Virus record (IMG/VR): IMGVR_UViG_3300048578_000232 | Location: 1-34,578 of that record | DNA length: 34,578 nt | Reading direction: 5' to 3' (one strand) | Source of the DNA: a virus | Lineage: Duplodnaviria; Caudoviricetes | Part shown: piece after piece, positions 15,813-25,100 of the stretch | Layout of the letters: each line of letters begins with the position of its first letter | How positions within the stretch are numbered: the stretch's first letter is position 1 | Made by a program: the position numbers and the translations under genes | Notes under the pieces: model-generated | Databases searched by the model: none | The model's input: the letters and a program-made list of their open reading frames with translations, nothing else | What the model was told of the DNA's origin: nothing

Positions 15813-16763
15813 ATGTCCGTCACCACCAAAGCCACCCTGCGCCCCGACCTCGGGGCCCTGGCCTACGAGTTCAGCCTGACGGCCGCCCAGATCGGTTTCA
15901 TCGCCGACCTGGTCCTACCGCCGTTTTACACGCCTCTGCAGACTGCCCAATACCCGGTGATCCCGGCCGAGGCGCTGCTTGAGGTTGCCGACACGGCCCG
16001 GGCCCCGCGTTCCGCCTACGCGCGCGGCGACTGGGAATGGGATTTCGAGGACTACCGGTGCTCGGAAAACGGCTGGGAAGAGCCCCTTGACGATGTCGAG
16101 GCCAAGATCGCGCGCAACTACTTTGACGTCGAAACCATGACCGCTTACCGGGCCATGGCCATGATCCTGCGCAGCCGGGAAAAGCGTGTCGCGGCCAAGC
16201 TTTTCAGCGCGGCGTTTACGGCCCATGCCGTGCCCCACGCCTGGAACAGCTATGCCGACGCCGACCCCAGGAAGGATATCATCGATGGCATTGAGGCCAT
16301 GCGGCTGTCCGTCGGTTTGGAGCCCAACGCCCTCATCCTGGACAAGTCCATCCTGCGGCACGTGTCCATGTGCGACGCGGTCATTGATCGCGTCAAATAC
16401 TCCAGCCCCGACGCGATCCGGGGAGATCTGACCATCGCGCAGCTCGAGGCCTATTTCGGCTGCCGCATCATCCCCGCCGGTGCTGTCAGCAACACCGCGC
16501 CCAAGGCCAAAGCCAAGGACATCAAGCCCATCTGGGACAAGACCCAGGCCATGCTCGCCGTGGTGTCCACGGGCGGCCAGGATCTGCGCGAGCCCTCCAT
16601 CGGCCGCACCTTTGTCTGGGAGGAGGATTCGCCCGAGATGGTCGTGGTCGAGACCTACCGCGAGGAGCAGACGCGCAGCGACATCGTGCGCGCCCGGCAG
16701 AGCACCGACGAGTGCCTCCAGTTCACCGGCGCGGGCTACCGACTCACCGGCGTGACGGCCTAG
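15813..16763 (+). CDS. Major capsid protein
   Basis: Position, 316 aa, SD GGAGG; FIADLVLP, W...DADP..DI, PNALIL and PSIGRTF (gpE-like HK97 fold). Confidence 0.85.
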   Translation: MSVTTKATLRPDLGALAYEFSLTAAQIGFIADLVLPPFYTPLQTAQYPVIPAEALLEVADTARAPRSAYARGDWEWDFEDYRCSENGWEEPLDDVEAKIARNYFDVETMTAYRAMAMILRSREKRVAAKLFSAAFTAHAVPHAWNSYADADPRKDIIDGIEAMRLSVGLEPNALILDKSILRHVSMCDAVIDRVKYSSPDAIRGDLTIAQLEAYFGCRIIPAGAVSNTAPKAKAKDIKPIWDKTQAMLAVVSTGGQDLREPSIGRTFVWEEDSPEMVVVETYREEQTRSDIVRARQSTDECLQFTGAGYRLTGVTA

Positions 16764-16777
16764 CGGGGTGCGGCGTC

Positions 16778-17077
16778 GTGACGTTTACGCCGTTTGAAAC
16801 CGCCTGCATCACGGCCGTCCTGTCGTTGATTGTGGCGCTGGTGGTCCATGTCGTCACCAAGCGCAACTTCGTCAGCCACGGCCAGTGCGAGGAACGCCGC
16901 GCCCATGTCTGCACCACCATGAAGGCGGTGCAGGATGGCCACGCCGAACTGCGCCAGGACCTCAAGGACCGCACCACCGTCCTGTTTCGGATGCTGCGGG
17001 CCATGATCGTCCACGACAAAGACCTCACGCCCGAGGTCAAAACCGAAATCCTCAACGAAACCCCGGGAGGGAAATAG
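16778..17077 (+). CDS. Single-TM membrane protein at the start of the lysis cassette
   Basis: Hydrophobic ACITAVLSLIVALVVHVV followed by a coiled coil. GTG start is inferred. Confidence 0.7.
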   Translation: MTFTPFETACITAVLSLIVALVVHVVTKRNFVSHGQCEERRAHVCTTMKAVQDGHAELRQDLKDRTTVLFRMLRAMIVHDKDLTPEVKTEILNETPGGK

Positions 17078-17079
17078 CC

Positions 17080-17601
17080 ATGGCCGACACTCCCAAACCC
17101 GAAACCCCGGACGCCGCCGGCGTGGATCCGCAGATCCTGGTCGCGCAGCGACTCGACGCTCTCGCCAAGCTGTTGGAGGCCCATGGCGAGCATCAGGCCG
17201 CAGCGTATGCCGGGGGGCTGTCCACCGTCGTTTCCAGCGCCGCCGCGCCGTCGCTGCTCTCGCGCCTGACGCCGCGCCTGCTGCCGTGCCTGCTCCTCGT
17301 TGTCGGGCTGGCCGCCGCCCTGTCCGTCGTCTCGCCGCAGCAGCTGCCGGTGGCGCTCTACAAATTGAGCCTGGTCACCCTGGCCGGCTACCTCGGCTAC
17401 TGGCTCGACCGCTGGGCGTTTCCCTACGCCCGGCCGGATTCGTTCCTGGCTGCCGCCGACTGGCGCTCCGAGCGCGGGGCCGTCCAGGGCCAGGCCAATC
17501 ACGCCGTGGTCCCGGGCTGCGAGCAGATCTACGCCGCTGCCCAGATCCGCCGGGCCCTTGTCATCCTGGGCGCCATGCTCGCCATGGGGCTGGGGCTGTA
17601 G
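17080..17601 (+). CDS. Putative holin (2/3-TM holin family)
   Basis: SPQQLPVALYKLSLVTLAGYLGYWLDR..FPYARP...IRRAL; SD GGAGG; precedes the endolysin. Confidence 0.85.
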   Translation: MADTPKPETPDAAGVDPQILVAQRLDALAKLLEAHGEHQAAAYAGGLSTVVSSAAAPSLLSRLTPRLLPCLLLVVGLAAALSVVSPQQLPVALYKLSLVTLAGYLGYWLDRWAFPYARPDSFLAAADWRSERGAVQGQANHAVVPGCEQIYAAAQIRRALVILGAMLAMGLGL

Positions 17602-17603
17602 CC

Positions 17604-18392
17604 ATGGCCGCCTGGCCCCGATCCCGGGATTGGCCCGCTCCGGCGCGCCAGCTCGCCGCCGATCTGGCGGCCCTGCTCATGGCCGTGGCCGCTGCCGTGC
17701 TGGCCGTGTTCGTCGTCGCCGGCTGCCACCGGGGCGAGGAACCGGCCGCGCCGGCAGTGTCGGCCCCGGCCGTCTCGCCAACGGTCCCGGCCGCCCCGGC
17801 CCGGGCCGTCCCGCCTGCTCCGGCGGCGACCGTGCGCGGTGTCCCGGCCGCCGCCCTGCGCCACCGCGCCGACCTCACCCGCTGCGCCCGGGCCGCCTGG
17901 GGCCTGGACGCGCCCGTGGCCGTCATGGCCGCCCAGATCCACCAGGAGTCGGGCTGGCGCGCCGACGCCCGCAGTCCGGTCGGGGCCCAGGGCATGGCCC
18001 AGTTCATGCCGGCGACCGCCACCTGGATCGCCGGCCTCATGCCCGAGCTGGCCGGCGCGGACCCGTACAACCCGGCCTGGGCCATGCGCGCCCTGGCCAG
18101 CTACGACAAGTGGCTCTGGGACCGTGTCGAGAGCGCCGTCGATCCCTGCCACCGCTTTGCCTTTGCGCTCTCCGGCTACAACGGCGGCCTGGGCTGGGTG
18201 CGCCGCGACGCCAAGCTGGCCGCCAGCCAGGGGCTGGAGCCGGATCGCTGGTGGGACCATGTCGAGACCGTCAACGCCGGCCGCTCGGAGAGCAACTGGC
18301 GCGAGAACCGGGGCTATCCGCGCCGCATCCTGCGGCAGTTGACGCCCCTCTACGTGGCCGCCGGGTTTGGGCCGGGGGTGGCCTGTGATTGA
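17604..18392 (+). CDS. Endolysin, SLT lytic transglycosylase with N-terminal signal/lipobox
   Basis: Catalytic QIHQESGW, GAQGMAQFMP and YNGG. Hydrophobic N-terminus ending VVAGC, then a Pro/Ala linker. Confidence 0.9.
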   Translation: MAAWPRSRDWPAPARQLAADLAALLMAVAAAVLAVFVVAGCHRGEEPAAPAVSAPAVSPTVPAAPARAVPPAPAATVRGVPAAALRHRADLTRCARAAWGLDAPVAVMAAQIHQESGWRADARSPVGAQGMAQFMPATATWIAGLMPELAGADPYNPAWAMRALASYDKWLWDRVESAVDPCHRFAFALSGYNGGLGWVRRDAKLAASQGLEPDRWWDHVETVNAGRSESNWRENRGYPRRILRQLTPLYVAAGFGPGVACD

Positions 18393-18768
18393 GCGCGCGG
18401 GACTCATGCTCTCCGGGGTGATCCTGGCCGTGCTGCTGACCGCCCTGGGCTGGCAGACGGTGCGCCTGGCCCGGTCCGAGACGCGGATCGCGGTGCTGGC
18501 CCGGGAGTTGGGGGAGGCAAACACCCGCGTGGCCCTGCTCGAGGCCGACCAGAAAACCCTGGCCGCCGGCCGCGACGCCCTGGCCGGACAGGTCACCGCC
18601 TGCCAGCAGGCCGCCGCCCGGGCCGAGGCCCGCACGGCCACCCGGGTGGAGATCATCCGCAACGTCAAAGTCGTGCCCCGGCCGGCCGCCGGTGCGGGCA
18701 CGGGGGGAGTGGTGGACGATGCGACGAGCCGCCGCGCTGCTGATCATCTCAATGGCTGCCGCCGGTAG
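18385..18768 (+). CDS. Inner-membrane spanin (Rz-like)
   Basis: N-terminal TM helix plus coiled coil, directly after the endolysin. Confidence 0.72.
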   Translation: MIERAGLMLSGVILAVLLTALGWQTVRLARSETRIAVLARELGEANTRVALLEADQKTLAAGRDALAGQVTACQQAAARAEARTATRVEIIRNVKVVPRPAAGAGTGGVVDDATSRRAADHLNGCRR

Positions 18769-18994
18769 CGCCTGCGCCCCGACGCCGGCCCCGGTGACGG
18801 TGCACCAGGCCTACACCCGCTGTCCCCGGCCGGCCGCTCCGGAGCTGCCGGCCATCGATCCCGGGCAGCATCTGTGTGCCCCGGCCAACCTCGAGCGGCT
18901 GCTTGAGCGGGCCGACCTGCAGTGCGCCCACGTCGACCAGCTGGACGCGACCATTGACTGCTACGAGGCCCAGGCCGCGCCGGCCGGACAGTAG
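18719..18994 (+). CDS. Outer-membrane spanin lipoprotein (Rz1-like)
   Basis: MRRAAALLIISMAAAGSA-C lipobox; Pro/Cys-rich; overlaps the 3' end of the i-spanin in another frame. Confidence 0.75.
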   Translation: MRRAAALLIISMAAAGSACAPTPAPVTVHQAYTRCPRPAAPELPAIDPGQHLCAPANLERLLERADLQCAHVDQLDATIDCYEAQAAPAGQ

Positions 18995-19029
18995 TTCAAC
19001 CGCAACTTTAACTTTTGAGGAGCGAGATC

Positions 19030-19248
19030 ATGGCCGACGAATGCGACCAGGCCCAGGCCACCGAGGCCCTGCACGTGCAGGCGGCGCTGTCGTGCATCGC
19101 CTGCTGCCGCGACGAGGAGCAGGAGTGGGCCGACGGCCGCGTCGTGTGCCTCGACTGCGGCGAGCCGATCCCGGGCGCGCGGCTGCGCATCCTGCCCACG
19201 GCCTGCCGTTGCGTGGCCTGCCAGGAGGAGGCGGACGGCGATGCGTGA
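19030..19248 (+). CDS. TraR/DksA C4 zinc-finger protein
   Basis: MADECDQA (DxxDxA motif) and CLDCGEPIPGARL..LP..CRCVACQ; SD GAGGAG. Confidence 0.9.
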   Translation: MADECDQAQATEALHVQAALSCIACCRDEEQEWADGRVVCLDCGEPIPGARLRILPTACRCVACQEEADGDA

Positions 19249-19855
19249 CCAGCCCGGGGTGTTCCTCTCCGCTTTCGGGGAGGCGGTCGTCTACGCGGCC
19301 GGCGCGGCCACGGTGGAGCTGACGGCCGTGGTCGAGGACACCGACGGCTGGCACGGGATGCACACGGCCCTGCGCACCACCGTGGACCAGGGCCAGACGC
19401 GTCTGGGCAAGGCCTGGATCGTGCCGGCCGACATCCCGGGCGATCCGGCTTTCGGCCACGTGCTCAAGCAGGGCGGCCGGACCTGGCTGGTGATGGACTG
19501 GTGGTCCGAGGGCGACATGCTGGTGCTCGGGCTGGCGGCCGGGGTGTTTGTGGTGGACGTGGTCGTCTCGCGCCGCTCCCAGGTGCCGGACGGGGCGCTG
19601 GGCTACACCGAGGCCCTGGTCGCGGTCTGGTCCGGACGCGCGGCCGTCCATCCCCTGGGCGGCCGGGAGCGCATCGCCGCCGCCCGCCAGATGGGCGTCG
19701 GCTACCGTCACGGCTGGATGCCGGCCTGTCCCATCCAGCCCGGCGACGTCATGGCCACGCCGTCCGAGCGGCTCCACGTGACCAGCGCCGCCACGGACGT
19801 CGTGCGCGGCTGGACCGTGTTCGAGGCCGAGGCGCGGCAGGAGGACCAACCGTGA
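19241..19855 (+). CDS. Head-tail joining/closure protein, apparently two-domain
   Basis: N-half FLSAFGEAVVY.. resembles gpFII. C-half DGALGYTE..VW..AAVHPLGGRERIAA resembles SPP1 gp16. Confidence 0.65.
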   Translation: MRDQPGVFLSAFGEAVVYAAGAATVELTAVVEDTDGWHGMHTALRTTVDQGQTRLGKAWIVPADIPGDPAFGHVLKQGGRTWLVMDWWSEGDMLVLGLAAGVFVVDVVVSRRSQVPDGALGYTEALVAVWSGRAAVHPLGGRERIAAARQMGVGYRHGWMPACPIQPGDVMATPSERLHVTSAATDVVRGWTVFEAEARQEDQP

Positions 19856-20172
19856 GCGACGGCATGTTCTCCGCCTGTTTCGAGCAGCTCATGGGTCAGG
19901 TGGAGCAGGCCATGGAGGGCGAGCTGCGCCAGGAGGTGCTGCCCGAGGCGCGGCGGCTGGTGCCGGTCAAGACCGGCAAGCTGCAGGCCTCCATCGATGT
20001 CGGCGTCGAGCGCGACGGCGCGGTCGTCACCGGCTACGTCGAGGCCGGCGAGCCTTACGCGCCTTACGTCGAGTTCGGGACCGGCATCCGGCCGGCCAAG
20101 GCGTTTCTGCGGCCGGCCGTGGAACGGTTCGACCTGGCACGGGTCGCCGCCCGGATGAAGGGCGGCGAATGA
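19852..20172 (+). CDS. HK97 gp10-family neck/tail completion protein
   Basis: ARRLVPVKTGKLQASI, YAPYVEFGT and FLRPA; GTGA overlap. Confidence 0.85.
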   Translation: MSDGMFSACFEQLMGQVEQAMEGELRQEVLPEARRLVPVKTGKLQASIDVGVERDGAVVTGYVEAGEPYAPYVEFGTGIRPAKAFLRPAVERFDLARVAARMKGGE

Positions 20173-20597
20173 GCCGGCTGCCGGTGCGCTCGTCGGTGCG
20201 GCCGCTGCTGCGCGCGGCCCTGGCCGCCTGGTTCGCGGCCCACGCCGGCCACGCCTTTTCCACGGGCGTCGGCGGCCGGCTGGCCTACAAAAGCGCGCCC
20301 CGGGACTGGCCCCGGCCCTACGCCGTGCTGGACATCCCGGTGGCGCTGTCCCGCGACACCACCACCGAGCGCATCGACGCGGTGACCATCCAGATCATGG
20401 TTTTCGGGCCGGCCTCCCTGGCCGTCGAGGAGCTGGCCGGCGCGGCCCTGGAGCTGTTCGAGGGCCGTGTGATCACCGGGGCGGGCGTCGCCCCCTTTGA
20501 ACTGTGGCGGGGCGGGGACGTCCCCTCCCTGCAGGACGAGGACGGGGTCTGGATGGCTGGCGTGCAGCTCTCCGGCCTCGTCGAAACCATCGCCTAA
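20169..20597 (+). CDS. Tail terminator/completion protein
   Basis: Position before the tail tube gene, 142 aa; GRLAY..AP...PRPYAV and IQIMVF. Confidence 0.7.
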   Translation: MSRLPVRSSVRPLLRAALAAWFAAHAGHAFSTGVGGRLAYKSAPRDWPRPYAVLDIPVALSRDTTTERIDAVTIQIMVFGPASLAVEELAGAALELFEGRVITGAGVAPFELWRGGDVPSLQDEDGVWMAGVQLSGLVETIA

Positions 20598-20609
20598 AGG
20601 AGCATCCCC

Positions 20610-21302
20610 ATGGAGCGCGCCAATTTTAAGCTTGCTGTCGACGCCGCCCTGGTCCTCAAGGCCGGGACCGCCAACCAGGCCGTGGTCAAAGGCCTTAACA
20701 AGCTCGGCCTGCCGGGCCTCACCCGCGACGTCATCACGGCCAGCGAGTTTCGTCGCAATTGGGACATTGAGTTCACGACCACGGGCAAGCTGGGTCGCAT
20801 TACCTACTCGGGCAACATGCTCGTTGGCGACACCGACGGGCAGGATGTGCTCAAACAGTACATCAAAAACAACGAAAAATTCAATGATGCCAGGGTCTAC
20901 ATTGACTACAACGATTTTTTGGCTCCGGACCTGGCAAACGATCCCGTCGCGGTCTGGCAGGTGTCCAAACACGCCCCGGGTGAGTCCGATAAGAACGGCA
21001 TCTATCCGCTCTCCGGCGAAATGACCTGCGGCGGCCTGTTCGCCATGTTCATCAAGCATCTAACCGGCGACGGCCTCGCCTTCGTGGCCGCCGGCAACAA
21101 GATCACCGACGCCGACGCCGGGTTCCTGACCGCCGGTTTCGCCGCCGGGCAGACGCTCATCGTCGAGGGCTCGACCAGCAACAACGGCCAGTACCTCATC
21201 AAGGCCGTGGCGGCCGGCGAGCTCACCCTGGAGAGCACGGTCAAGACGGTGGTCGACGAGCCCGCCGGCGACGAGGTCACCCTCCACGGCGGCACCCTGT
21301 AA
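20610..21302 (+). CDS. Major tail tube protein with C-terminal accessory domain
   Basis: Position between terminator and chaperone genes; SD AAGGAG; beta-rich sequence. Confidence 0.72.
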   Translation: MERANFKLAVDAALVLKAGTANQAVVKGLNKLGLPGLTRDVITASEFRRNWDIEFTTTGKLGRITYSGNMLVGDTDGQDVLKQYIKNNEKFNDARVYIDYNDFLAPDLANDPVAVWQVSKHAPGESDKNGIYPLSGEMTCGGLFAMFIKHLTGDGLAFVAAGNKITDADAGFLTAGFAAGQTLIVEGSTSNNGQYLIKAVAAGELTLESTVKTVVDEPAGDEVTLHGGTL

Positions 21303-21307
21303 TTGCG

Positions 21308-21376
21308 CCCGCGATCCGGGCGGCCAAAACCTGCGGGTGTTCCCCGGCCCGCCGGCCGCCCGGTTTTGCGGGGACA
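21308..21376 (+). promoter_or_regulatory. Intergenic stem-loop between tail tube and chaperone genes
   Basis: CCGGGCGGCC (21316-25) pairs with GGCCGCCCGG (21354-63); inner GCGGGT/GCCCGC; followed by TTTT. Confidence 0.55.
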
Positions 21377-21389
21377 AAGGAGACGACAC

Positions 21390-21821
21390 ATGGCGAGACC
21401 CACCCCCAAAAAAGAGAAATGGTTCCCCATCCCCAATGACCCGGACGGGGCGGAGATCCTGGTCCGGCATCTCAAGAAGGGGGATGTCGAAGACATCGAG
21501 GACCAGGCCGACCGGATGGAAACCGTGGTGCGTCGTGACCCTGACGGCACCGCCAAGGAGGAGACGCGTGTCGCCATGCCCAAAGGCGAAACGCGCTACC
21601 TGTATCTCTGCGGCGCTGTGCGCGACTGGAAAAGCTTTTTCGGCCTGGACGGCAAACCCATGGAATGCACCGACGCCAACAAGATCCTGATGGCGCGGGA
21701 TGATCCGGAGTTCGGCAAATTCGTGAGCGAATGCCGCACGTTCCTGGCCGAAGAGGACGCCCAGGAACGGGAGGCGGCGAGAAAAAACGCGACGACCTCG
21801 GCCGCTGGCTCTCCGGCGTAG
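21390..21821 (+). CDS. Tail assembly chaperone (gpG analogue)
   Basis: SD AAGGAG, position before the tape measure gene, W..F...DG....C...NK motif, and a slippery site near the 3' end. Confidence 0.8.
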   Translation: MARPTPKKEKWFPIPNDPDGAEILVRHLKKGDVEDIEDQADRMETVVRRDPDGTAKEETRVAMPKGETRYLYLCGAVRDWKSFFGLDGKPMECTDANKILMARDDPEFGKFVSECRTFLAEEDAQEREAARKNATTSAAGSPA

Positions 21822-22192
21822 GGCGGCTGTCCTGTGAGGAGTGCCGGCGCACGTTTGCCCCGAGCCGTTGGGACACTCCGGCGGACCGGGAGCGCAAACG
21901 GTCCGGCCCGCCCTGCGGGACCTGCCGCCCCTCGCTGCATCCGGCCAACGTCCTGGCCGCCGACCTCTACGCGCGCTGCGCCGGCCAGCTCATCGTCGCG
22001 CCCATGGGCGGGGCCATCGACATCAACATCCTGGCCGTGGCCTGTGTGATGGACCGCAAGGGGATTCCGCTGGAGGACCAGGACGAGCTCCTGGAGCAGG
22101 TGCAGCAGCTGGCCGGGGTGGTGCTGCGGGAGCGGGCGGCCGAGGCCGAAGCGCGGCGCGAGGCAGACAACACGGATCGAGGGAGGCGGTAG
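21782..22192 (+). CDS. -1 frameshift extension of the chaperone (gpGT analogue)
   Basis: A-AAA-AAC at 21782-21788 in XXXYYYZ register. The -1 frame stays open to TAG 22192, adjacent to the tape measure ATG. Confidence 0.8.
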   Translation, partial: KKRDDLGRWLSGVGRLSCEECRRTFAPSRWDTPADRERKRSGPPCGTCRPSLHPANVLAADLYARCAGQLIVAPMGGAIDINILAVACVMDRKGIPLEDQDELLEQVQQLAGVVLRERAAEAEARREADNTDRGRR

Positions 22193-25100
22193 ATGCGGAT
22201 CAAGGCGGGGACGCTCGCGGTCGAGATGACCGCCGACGGGCGCGATCTCGAGGCCTCCCTCAAGCGGGCGGACAGTCTCACCGAGGCGTTCCAGGACAAC
22301 GTCGAGCGCCGGATGCGCCGGGCCGGCAACTCCATGCGAGGCGTGGGGCAAGCCGCCGGCATGACCGAAAAGGAGGTCAAAAGCCTCGAGGACCGGATGC
22401 GCCAGGGGCTGGCCGCCGACTCGGCCAGCCGCGCCCTGGACAACCTGCGGCGCTACGCCGGCCTCACCTCCCAGGAGTACGAGCGCCTGGCCGCCCGCAT
22501 GGGCGTGGCCGCCAAGGAGGGCGACAAGGCCTCGCTCTCCCTGGCCGGCATCGCCAAACGCGCCGGCGCAGCGGCAGCCGCCTACGTCTCCCTGCGCGAG
22601 GGCGTCTCCCTGGCCAACTCCTCGTTCATGAGTTTTTTGGGCTACGAGGCCGACCTCACCGACATGGCCCGGGTCACCAGCCAAAGCCTGGGCGAGGTCG
22701 ACGCCACCATCAAAGCCTTGCCGCGCACCATGGGCGATCCCCAGGCCATGATGCAGGCCTACTACCAGGTGCTGTCCTCGGGCGCGACGGATTCGGCCCA
22801 GGCCATGGATCTGCTCACCACCTCGGCCAAGGCCAGCAAGGCCGCCCACGTGGCCCAGTCCGAGACGGTCAAGGGCCTCACCAAGCTGCTGGCCGGTTTC
22901 GACGGCGAGATCCGCAGCGCGGCCGAGGCCTCGGATCTGCTGTTCCGGATCGACAACCTGGGCCAGACGAGCTTTGCCGAGCTGGTGCCGGTCATTGGCG
23001 ATGTGGCCGAGGTCACCCACCTGGTCGGCGTATCCTCCCAGGAAATGGCCGCCGGCCTGGCCCTGGTGACCCAGACGTCGGGGTCGACCTCCGAGGCCGC
23101 CACGAAGTGGAAGGCCATCATGGTGGGGCTCTACAAGCCCACCGAGAACATGGAGAAGGTGCTCAAGGCCCTGGGCTACCAGTCGGGCGTGGCCATGGTG
23201 CAGGAGCTCGGGTTCGCCGGCACGCTGCAAAAGCTCCAGGCCACGGCCGAGGTCTCGGGGTTCTCCCTGGGCAAGCTTTTTGAGAGCAGCGAGGCCCTGA
23301 CCGGCATTGCCGGTCTCGGGGCCCAGGAGTGGGAGCGCTACACCAGCATCTTGCGGGACGTGCGCCAGGGCTCGGACGAGACCGAGCAGGCCTGGCAGCG
23401 GTGGTTGACCACCTCCCAGGCGGTCAAGGACAACTACGACGCCACCCTCAAGCAGCTGGCCATCGAGTTCGGTCACGAGCTGGCTCCCATGATGACGGCT
23501 GGCATGGATTCGTTTGCTGCCTCGGTGACCACCAACAAAGGGCCGATCCTCACCACCCTGGGCGGCATCGAGATGTCGGTGCGGGCCATCACCTCGGCGG
23601 CCATGGCCGCCACCCGGGAGTTCCAGACGTTCGCCAACTCCATTGCGGCCGGCATCGCCGTGGTCAAAGGGGAGATGGCGTTTTCCGACTGGGCGCTGTC
23701 CGGCCCGGAACAGCTGGCCCAAAAGCTCCAGGCTGCCGGCGACAAGCTGCGCGCCAATGCCGATGCCCAGGCCAAGGAGGCCCGCACCCAGGCCCTCATG
23801 GCCGGCGACAACGGCGGGACCATCCCCGAGCTGTCCCAGCTGTTCCCGGGCGACGCGCCGGCCAAGATCGACAAGGCCAAAAAGGCCGTGGACGGCGTCA
23901 AGGTGTCGCTCAAGGACAACAGCAAAGCCGCCGAAAACGCCGCCCTGGCTGCCGAGCGCTACGGCGAGCGGGCCGAGGCCTATTTTGAGCAGGTGCAGTA
24001 CGCCATCGCCAGCCTGTCCGACTCCCTGTCCGGCGGGCTGGAGTCCGAGACCCTCAAGGTCGACAAGCAATTCGACAAAATTTTCGGCGACATTCGCCGC
24101 AATCTGATCGGGGCCAAGGGGGACACCAAGGGGTTTAGCGACGCCTGGGTCGCGGCTGAGCAGGCCTGGCCGGTGCTGCGCATGGCCGCCCAGCTCAAGG
24201 ATTTCGGCAAGGAGATCGAAAAAGGGGCCAAATACGCCCGTGACATGGGCACGTATCTGTCCGACCCGCAGCAGCTCCAGGCGGCCGACTGGCTGGAGGG
24301 CTACAAGCAGTACCTCGAGGATCTGCGCGAGGCCCGGTACGCCACCGACCAGGAGGACGCGGCCGGCCTGGCCCGGGCGCAATCCCGTTGGGACGCCTAC
24401 CAGCAGCATGTGCTCCAGGCCGAGCGGGACCGCCTGGGCGAGGGTGGCAAGCTCTCGGAGGCGTACTGGGCCTCCGAGGCGGCCGCCCTGCAAAACCACC
24501 TGGCCGCTGTGCGCGAGATCGCCGGCGACGAGACGGCCGTCAAAATCTACGAGGCCGAGCGCTGGGACCAATTTCTCAAGGCGCAGCTTGAGGAAGAGGC
24601 CAAATACGCCGGCAGCTTTGGCGAGACCCTGGCCGCGAAATGGTCGTTGGCCTTTGGCGGCTACGAGTCCGAGACGACCAAGGCGAAAAAGCGCTGGGAT
24701 TCCATGGCCGACGGCATGGTCGAAGCCACGGACGGCCTGATCGAGGGCGTGTCCGGCGGCATTGGCGACCTCATCCGCAACATCGGCAACGGCACGGCCA
24801 GCATCGAGGATCTCTGGCGCAACATGCTGGCGCGGATGCTCGACGCTTTTGCCGGATTCGTCGAGAAGCTCGTCCAGCAGCAGCTTGAGGATCTGGTCGG
24901 CGGGCTGTTCTCCGGCTCCGGCTCGGGCGGTTTGAGCCTGTCCAGCCTGACCGGCTCGAAATCGTCGGGCGGCTCCCTGGGCGACGGCCTCGACGCCATC
25001 AAGACGCTGGGCGATTACGTCGGCAAATCCTCGGGCAACGCCATCGGCGACTACCTGACCACGGCCGCTTCCTCGGGCAACACCCTGTTCCTGGGCGGCG

